Source: Fidelibacterota bacterium (GTDB lineage: Bacteria; Fidelibacterota; Marinisomatia; Marinisomatales; Marinisomataceae). Taken from it: a DNA stretch of 33,511 nt. A program made the translations under genes and the position numbers. Where the stretch lies: the NCBI GenBank assembly GCA_036163585.1, contig JAYZKH010000001.1:1-33511 (forward strand), written 5' to 3'. Below are positions 27,280 to 33,511 of the stretch, piece after piece. Position 1 is the stretch's first letter; each line of letters starts with the position of its first letter. The notes under the pieces are model-generated. The model saw only the letters and a list, made by a program, of their open reading frames with translations. It ran no database searches and was not told the DNA's origin.

Positions 27280-28137
27280 TTATTTAATAAAATTATCTGT
27301 TAAAATTTTTATATGTCGTGGACTTGTCCCACAACATCCACCTATAACACTTGCTCCTAAATCTATTGCATTTTTACATAATTTTAGAAATTCATCATCA
27401 GAATAATATTTAGCAATCACACCATCAGGTGATGGCTCTCCAATTCCAAGATTTGGGTATATACCCCAAGTTGAACATTGGTTTGAAATAATTTTCAATG
27501 CTTCTTGAGTTCTTTCTACGGGATTACAATTCAATAATATACAATCAACATCAAAATTTTTTGTCATATTGATTGCATTTTCTAATGTTTCTCCAGATTG
27601 AATACGATAAGAATCTAATAAATTAAAACTAACCCAAACAGGCAGCTTATAGTCTTGAATAACTTCGAGACAAGTTTGTGTTTCAGTGATATTATTCATT
27701 GTTTCAAGTATGTATCCATCTATATCACCTTCTTTAAGCCATTTAGCAATAATAGAAAATTCATTTTTTGCATTTTTAACTCCTGGAAAAAGTTGTGGAG
27801 AATAACAATCTTCTAATGGAGCAATAGATCCTAATATTTTTATAGATTTATTAGCAGCTTTTTTAGCTATGTTAATGGCAGAGTTCATAGATTTTTTAGC
27901 AATTTTATTTGCTTGAATAGTAGATAAACCTGTTTTTATGTATGCTCTTGTCGTTGTACGGAATGTGTTAGTTGTGATATAATCTGAACCAGCATTAATA
28001 TATTCTTTATGAATATTTAATAATAAATCAGGATTACTTAGATTAATTTTTGCAGACCATATATGAGAAGGAAGTGTTTCTCCTCGCAAAATTAATTCTG
28101 AACCGATTGCTCCATCTAAAAGACTTAATTTAGTCAT
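27280..28137 (-). CDS. Stand-alone homocysteine S-methyltransferase family protein
   Basis: LLDGAIGSEL, AGSDYITTNTF, LETM, LLNC, YPN and GGCCGTSPRHI zinc-ligand motifs. Confidence 0.92.
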   Translation of the reverse strand: MTKLSLLDGAIGSELILRGETLPSHIWSAKINLSNPDLLLNIHKEYINAGSDYITTNTFRTTTRAYIKTGLSTIQANKIAKKSMNSAINIAKKAANKSIKILGSIAPLEDCYSPQLFPGVKNAKNEFSIIAKWLKEGDIDGYILETMNNITETQTCLEVIQDYKLPVWVSFNLLDSYRIQSGETLENAINMTKNFDVDCILLNCNPVERTQEALKIISNQCSTWGIYPNLGIGEPSPDGVIAKYYSDDEFLKLCKNAIDLGASVIGGCCGTSPRHIKILTDNFIK

Positions 28138-28143
28138 TAATAA

Positions 28144-29610
28144 TTATTTATCGTGACCCTGATAATTTGGGGCTTCTTTTACTATGCTAACTTCATGTGG
28201 ATGACTCTCTTTTACACCAGCAGATGAAATTTCAATAAAGTGGCTATTTTTATGAAATGATGACAAATTCTTTGCACCGCAATAACCCATAGATGACTTT
28301 AAGCCTCCAATTAACTGGAATATTGAATTGCTAACAGGCCCTCTAAATGGCACCATTCCTTCAATTCCTTCTGGAACAAGCTTAAGCTCGTCTTTTTCCT
28401 GTTGAAAATATCTATCTCCTCCACCTTCTTTCATCGCAGCCAGTGAACCCATGCCTCGGTAAGATTTATATCTTCTTCCTTCATAAACAATGGTTTCTCC
28501 AGGACTTTCATCCATGCCTGCTAATAGACCACCCAACATTACAACATCTGCACCTGCTGCCAATGATTTGGCAACATCTCCGCTATATCGGATTCCTCCA
28601 TCTGCAACAATTGGAACTTTATATTTTTTTGCAGCTTTAGCACAGTTTATAACAGCAGACAATTGAGGAACACCTACTCCTGATATAATTCTTGTTGTGC
28701 AACTTGAACCAGCACCAATACCTACTTTCACACAATCAGCTCCTGCTTTAATTAAATCAACTGTTGCTTCTGCAGTAGCAACATTTCCGGCTATAATATC
28801 AACTTTAGGAAATTTCTTTTTAATCTTTTTAACTAAATCTAATACATATACAGAATGACCATGTGCCGTATCAACAACAATCACATCAATTCCAACTTTT
28901 ACAAGTGCAGATATTCTTTCTGGCCAGTCATCTCTTACACTAACTGCTGCCCCGACACGTAGTCTTCCTCTTTTATCTTTTGATGAGTGAGGAAATTCTT
29001 CTTTTTTTGTAAGATCTTTTACTGTAATAAGTCCAGCTAAATTTTTCTTATCATCAACTACTAATAAACGTTCAATTCGATGTTTTTGCAATATTGCTTT
29101 TGCTTCTTTGTTGTTTGTGCCAGGAGCTACAGTGACAAGATTTTTAGAAGTCATTCTATCTTTAACTAAAACATTTAAATCCTGTTCAAATCTTATATCT
29201 CTCTTAGTGATTATACCAACTAATTTATTTTTTGAAAGAACTGGCAATCCACCAATTGAGTATTGTTCCATTAGCTGTTTTGCTTCTCTAATTGGTTTAC
29301 TTTGATCTAATGTAATTGGATTAGTAATCATACCACTTTCATAACGTTTAACTTTATCAACCATCAAAGCTTGTTCTTCAACACTTAAGTTTTTATGAAT
29401 TATTCCAATCCCCCCTTGTCTAGCAAGTGCAATTGCCATGTCTGATTCTGTAACAGTATCCATTGCCGCACTCATTAAAGGAATATTGAGGGTAATATTT
29501 TTTGTTAGTTTTGTGGAGCAATCAACCTCTTTTGGAAGTACAGACGATTTCTGAGGGACTAACAATACATCATCAAATGTTAAAGCTTTTTCAATAGAAT
29601 CTTTAGACAT
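28144..29610 (-). CDS. guaB: IMP dehydrogenase
   Basis: [22 protein letters not shown] pair, [20 protein letters not shown] and YRGMGS; GGAG RBS before ATG 29610. Confidence 0.99.
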   Translation of the reverse strand: MSKDSIEKALTFDDVLLVPQKSSVLPKEVDCSTKLTKNITLNIPLMSAAMDTVTESDMAIALARQGGIGIIHKNLSVEEQALMVDKVKRYESGMITNPITLDQSKPIREAKQLMEQYSIGGLPVLSKNKLVGIITKRDIRFEQDLNVLVKDRMTSKNLVTVAPGTNNKEAKAILQKHRIERLLVVDDKKNLAGLITVKDLTKKEEFPHSSKDKRGRLRVGAAVSVRDDWPERISALVKVGIDVIVVDTAHGHSVYVLDLVKKIKKKFPKVDIIAGNVATAEATVDLIKAGADCVKVGIGAGSSCTTRIISGVGVPQLSAVINCAKAAKKYKVPIVADGGIRYSGDVAKSLAAGADVVMLGGLLAGMDESPGETIVYEGRRYKSYRGMGSLAAMKEGGGDRYFQQEKDELKLVPEGIEGMVPFRGPVSNSIFQLIGGLKSSMGYCGAKNLSSFHKNSHFIEISSAGVKESHPHEVSIVKEAPNYQGHDK

Positions 29611-29724
29611 ATATAGCTCCAAACACAGAAAGTGGAATAGTTAATAATAACTTTTTAGAATAAAAAGTTTTAGTTAAGGTAACCATTGAGGAATTTAATA
29701 AAAAAGAGAAAAAAATCCAGTGGT

Positions 29725-30477
29725 TTAATAATTATGGTCAAATTTTAACCAATTATACTTCGACTCTGATATAAAATAATAGTAAGAATTAAAAAATATG
29801 AAGTATCCTATGCCAATTAATCCAAACCATAACTCCTTTGTTGATAAAAATATAAAAAGGATTAGTGGTAAATATTTTTGTGCATAATGAAGGTAGTTAT
29901 CTGATTTTCCTATCAATGCAACAAATAAAAATGGCAAATAAACAGCTGCAGCGGTTGATATGATTGGTTCACTTTGATTTATAGAAGAGATCATAGCAGC
30001 AACTGTTAAAACGATAGAAACAATTTTTACTTGAGGACTATCTGATCGATATAGAAGATACAAAGTGAGAATTAGTAGAGCTAAACCTATCATCATTTTT
30101 CCAAAAATTATTATATTCGTAAAAGCATATAACAATAAAAACAGTAGGAAATTAGTTTGAGAATCCATTTTTACAAGTCGAAATGGACCAAAAGATTCAA
30201 ATCGTTTCATTAACCATAAAAACAATAATGAGTGAAGCAAAATATTAACAACACCAATAAAATCTTCTATAATCATAGAAAATAGATAATGTTTATTAAC
30301 ATCAATTACCATATTCAGACTATCATATGATTTAACTAAATAATGCTGAAAAGCAAACATTATCCACATTGGAAAAAACATTTCAAATCGATTCAATGAA
30401 TCTGAATCAATCTTTTTAAAAAAATTATGAAAGGATTTGTATTGATTTGATTCGACTGGAAAGAATCTTCTAAGCAT
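29725..30477 (-). CDS. Hypothetical multi-pass membrane protein
   Basis: 250-aa hydrophobic ORF packed 5 nt behind the transporter; no recognised motif. Confidence 0.7.
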   Translation of the reverse strand: MLRRFFPVESNQYKSFHNFFKKIDSDSLNRFEMFFPMWIMFAFQHYLVKSYDSLNMVIDVNKHYLFSMIIEDFIGVVNILLHSLLFLWLMKRFESFGPFRLVKMDSQTNFLLFLLLYAFTNIIIFGKMMIGLALLILTLYLLYRSDSPQVKIVSIVLTVAAMISSINQSEPIISTAAAVYLPFLFVALIGKSDNYLHYAQKYLPLILFIFLSTKELWFGLIGIGYFIFFNSYYYFISESKYNWLKFDHNY

Positions 30478-30482
30478 TTAAT

Positions 30483-31874
30483 TTAAATCCATCCAAATTG
30501 ATATAGAAATACAAGGAAAATTAACACAGGACTTAAATACTTTATTAGCAAACCAAATATTGTTTTTAATGAAGGTGATTTAAGAATTGAATTTCCAAAA
30601 TAAATTGAACCAGAATCTCCTTTTAAAAGAGCTTTTACAACATTATCAACACCCCAAGCATAGCCTGCAAAAACGGCAATGAAAAATCCACCTAGAGGTA
30701 ACAATATGTTAGAGGCAAGAAAATCTGCAACATCAAAAAATGTGAATGGTTTTCCTTGAACCAAAACTGTTGTATCAGAAAGAATATTAAAAGAAAGTGC
30801 ACATGGAATGGCAGCAATATACACTAATATCCCCATAATGATAGTTGCTTTCTTTCTTGAATATTTTAATTCATCAACTAGATAAGAAACACTAACCTCT
30901 AGGATCGAGATTGCGGAAGTAATTGCTGCAATTGTTAGCAATAAAAAGAATAAGAATGCAAAAATATATCCTCCAGTTAATTGAGCAAGCAAAGGGGGTA
31001 ATACATGAAAGACTAATCCAGGACCAGCAGTAGGATCATAACCAGATGAAAATACAACAGTGAAGATAGCTACTCCTGCTAGTATAGCAATAATTGTATC
31101 AAGAAATGCAACCATGTAAGATGCATTAACAATATCATCATTATCTGATAAATAGCTTCCATAAGTCATCATTGCACCCATTCCTAAGCTTAATGTAAAA
31201 AATGCATGTCCAAGTGCTAATAGGAAAGTTTTAGCATCAATCTTAGACCAATCTGGACTAAATAAAAACTCTATTCCTTTATCTGAGTCAGGAAGCATTA
31301 AACCCTTGAATACTAGTGCTAATAAAATAAACAGAAGTATTGGCATAAGAAATCTGCTAGCCTTTTCTAAACCTCCTTTAACACCAGAAAGTATAATACC
31401 AACAATAGATAAAAAGAATAATGTATGATATCCTAAAACCCAACCAGGATTACTATTCTTTAAATTAAAGAAATCTCTTGCAACTTCTGGTGTACCAAAT
31501 GAACTAAATGTCCCTTTGATAGCCTCAACTGTATAAGCCACAGACCAACCGCCAACAATGCTATAAAAAGAAAGAATGGTAAAACTAGCTAGTACTCCCA
31601 ATGCCCCAACATATTTCCAAGGCGATGAATCCCCATGAATAGTTTTAAATGCACCAACAGGATTTTTTTGAGTTTCTCTTCCAAGCAATATTTCAACATT
31701 AAGTATTGGTAATCCAATTGCTACAATACAAATCAGATAAATAAATAAGAATGCAGCACCACCATTTTCACCAGCGATATAAGGAAATTTCCAAATATTA
31801 CCTAAACCAACCGCTGATCCAGCAGCAGCTAGAATAAAACCTGTCTTTGAACTCCATTGTTCTCTTTTACTCAT
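30483..31874 (-). CDS. Neurotransmitter:sodium symporter (NSS/SNF) family transporter
   Basis: REQWSSKTGFILAAAGSAVGLGNIWKFPY, GGAAF, FFTLSLGMG and GPGLVF. Confidence 0.96.
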   Translation of the reverse strand: MSKREQWSSKTGFILAAAGSAVGLGNIWKFPYIAGENGGAAFLFIYLICIVAIGLPILNVEILLGRETQKNPVGAFKTIHGDSSPWKYVGALGVLASFTILSFYSIVGGWSVAYTVEAIKGTFSSFGTPEVARDFFNLKNSNPGWVLGYHTLFFLSIVGIILSGVKGGLEKASRFLMPILLFILLALVFKGLMLPDSDKGIEFLFSPDWSKIDAKTFLLALGHAFFTLSLGMGAMMTYGSYLSDNDDIVNASYMVAFLDTIIAILAGVAIFTVVFSSGYDPTAGPGLVFHVLPPLLAQLTGGYIFAFLFFLLLTIAAITSAISILEVSVSYLVDELKYSRKKATIIMGILVYIAAIPCALSFNILSDTTVLVQGKPFTFFDVADFLASNILLPLGGFFIAVFAGYAWGVDNVVKALLKGDSGSIYFGNSILKSPSLKTIFGLLIKYLSPVLIFLVFLYQFGWI

Positions 31875-32292
31875 TATTATCCTTTAATGGGTCATTTTCT
31901 TCAACAATTTTATCAAAATTATCCAGATGAGCCTCAACAACTGCATCTAGCATTCCGTAAAAATACAAACCGACTGCCATCCATGCAAAGCGATTTCTTT
32001 TTCTAAGATAATAATCACGAGAATGTTTATCTGAACTATTATAGTTATCATACTTGTCTTTATTCTCGTTAAAACTCCATAAAGCAAACAATTCACCAGC
32101 TATAAGTATTGATCCTTTTATTTTTTGATTATTGTATAGTTGGCCAGCTCCTGGAAAGATTAATGAGCGTTTCATCGCAATTTTTGGATCTTTAATTTGC
32201 TCGCTTTCAGAACGAAAATCCATTTTCTCTTGGGAGAACAAAAATGAAGTTGAAAAACAAATAAAAATGAGTGATTTAATTATCCTAGACAT
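31867..32292 (-). CDS. DUF5683/TM2-like membrane protein
   Basis: Signal peptide, PKIAMKRSLIFPGAGQLYN and YGMLDAVVEAHL. Confidence 0.75.
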   Translation of the reverse strand: MSRIIKSLIFICFSTSFLFSQEKMDFRSESEQIKDPKIAMKRSLIFPGAGQLYNNQKIKGSILIAGELFALWSFNENKDKYDNYNSSDKHSRDYYLRKRNRFAWMAVGLYFYGMLDAVVEAHLDNFDKIVEENDPLKDNNE

Positions 32293-32645
32293 TCAATTTC
32301 TACTCTAGCACCCATTGGTAAAGCTGACACCTGAATTGTGGTTCGTGCTGGAAAGGGTTCATCGATTCTTTTTTCAATTTGAGCATTAACTAGAGGTGTA
32401 TTAACTAAATCAGTTAAATATACAGTAAGCTTTTTTACATCATTTATTGACTTATCATTCTCAGCTAAAACTGCTTCAATATTATCAAATACTTGTTCTA
32501 CTTCTTTTTCTATAGTATCGTTATTTAATTCTCCAGATTCAGGATCAAGAGGAATTTGTCCACATGTTACCCAGTCCGAACTGTCACTTAAATATCTAAA
32601 TAATGAATATGGTCCAACTGGTTTAGGTGCTTTTAATTTATTCAT
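32280..32645 (-). CDS. RidA/YjgF family imine deaminase
   Basis: APKPVGPYS, GQIPLDP and PARTTIQVSALPMGARVEIE with the catalytic Arg. Confidence 0.92.
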   Translation of the reverse strand: MNKLKAPKPVGPYSLFRYLSDSSDWVTCGQIPLDPESGELNNDTIEKEVEQVFDNIEAVLAENDKSINDVKKLTVYLTDLVNTPLVNAQIEKRIDEPFPARTTIQVSALPMGARVEIECLG

Positions 32646-32657
32646 AGTTATTCCCTT

Positions 32658-33086
32658 TTATATCTTGCATAAGTTTAATGTAGCTAACCCTATATCATCA
32701 TCAATTTCTCTATGTGTCTCTTGATTGAAAACATGCAGAATAAATTCCCCGACTGCTGCTACTTGCATCTCAAAGAGATGGCCTCCAAATACATCCATAT
32801 CATGATTGCCAATTGTAATATGTGCATGCACAAACGGTTTTCCATCTTTTAATGCTATATTACCTTGAAATGAAATCAATTCATGGATTTCTTCAAACAA
32901 CTTATGATGATAGTCTTTTTTGCCAATATCATAAACACCTAGATCAATATTTTTAACTGCTCCTATTCCAGAAACTTGAGCAGAAGAAATATCATTATCG
33001 ATACAGAATTGAGTTAGTTTTTCCATTACATTTTCATTTTTCTCAATGTAAATGATATAGGAATTATTGTTTTGTTGTGATTGCAT
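32658..33086 (-). CDS. PPC/DUF296 domain protein
   Basis: SGIGAV, ELISFQGNI, FVHAHIT and GGHL. Confidence 0.9.
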   Translation of the reverse strand: MQSQQNNNSYIIYIEKNENVMEKLTQFCIDNDISSAQVSGIGAVKNIDLGVYDIGKKDYHHKLFEEIHELISFQGNIALKDGKPFVHAHITIGNHDMDVFGGHLFEMQVAAVGEFILHVFNQETHREIDDDIGLATLNLCKI

Positions 33087-33511
33087 TAAATTTTATCCAA
33101 TTCTTTTTTTATTGTTTCATTAATGACAGATTTAATCTCATCTAAAGAAAGTTCTGAAGATGTACCAGCCATGGCAAAATCATCTTTACCTCCTCCACCG
33201 CCACCTAGCTTTTCAGCGATAGATTTTGCTAGATTTCCAGCAGATAATGATTTTTCAATCAAATCTTTTGATATACTTACTGATATTGTCCTATTTCTAT
33301 CAATCTCTGTAGAAAAAACTGCGATACCTGATTTGAATTTTTTATTTAATTTTTTATTTAATTTTTTTAAACCGTCAGCAGATTCTAAAACAACCTCTTC
33401 ATTGATAAATGGAATATCATCCAATTGTTGTTGATTTTCAATAATTGTATCAAGATTAATAGCATTTAACAAGTCTGATTGGCTCTTTTTTTCCAGCTCC
33501 TTCTTTTGAGA
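33086..33511 (-). CDS. alaS: Alanine--tRNA ligase, C-terminal DHHA1 part (5' end outside the window)
   Basis: Frame open to the window edge (SQKKELEKKSQSDLLNA...); AGNLAK...LGGGGGGKDDFAMAG DHHA1 motif. Confidence 0.8.
   Translation of the reverse strand, partial: SQKKELEKKSQSDLLNAINLDTIIENQQQLDDIPFINEEVVLESADGLKKLNKKLNKKFKSGIAVFSTEIDRNRTISVSISKDLIEKSLSAGNLAKSIAEKLGGGGGGKDDFAMAGTSSELSLDEIKSVINETIKKELDKI

Noticed and set aside
29611-29724. Purine riboswitch upstream of guaB
   Set aside because: No three-stem junction or conserved aptamer core is visible.
33086-33472. Stand-alone 128-aa DHHA1 protein
   Set aside because: The frame is open to the window edge, so it is most simply the end of alaS.

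Overview
AT-rich, very densely packed bacterial genomic window (many ATGA start/stop overlaps, intergenic gaps of at most about 115 bp). The gene content (DUF4837, LptE behind a receiver-less sigma54-type ATPase, PpiD/SurA, S9B peptidase) suggests a streamlined FCB-group organism, possibly Marinimicrobia/SAR406; this is inference only. About 35 CDS are present. From about 7.7 kb onward it is mostly housekeeping: ppiD/surA, accA, GT2, lepA, nadE, asnS, lptE, uvrB, pgsA-like, waaA, GT9, tatC, meaB, rpsT, Hcy methyltransferase, guaB, NSS transporter, ridA and the alaS 3' end. The left about 7.6 kb is more accessory-like: secreted alpha/beta hydrolase, ogt, ybjQ, tlpA, ENPP-type phosphodiesterase and DPP-IV. 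The best candidate for a new system is a two-gene unit at 1809-4062. It pairs a membrane-anchored CxxC thioredoxin with a 541-aa indoleamine-2,3-dioxygenase-superfamily heme enzyme that resembles the fungal IDO-gamma type and carries a Cys/acid-rich insertion. Two related 14-bp palindromes 31 bp apart lie upstream. Other points of note are a perfect 30-bp in-frame tandem repeat in DPP-IV, a DxDxDG insertion in LptE, a GAYTDA variant of the GAFTGA motif, apparent leaderless promoters, and convergent genes sharing TTAA stops. No rRNA, tRNA, CRISPR array or mobile element was recognised. All family calls come from motif recognition by eye, not database searches.
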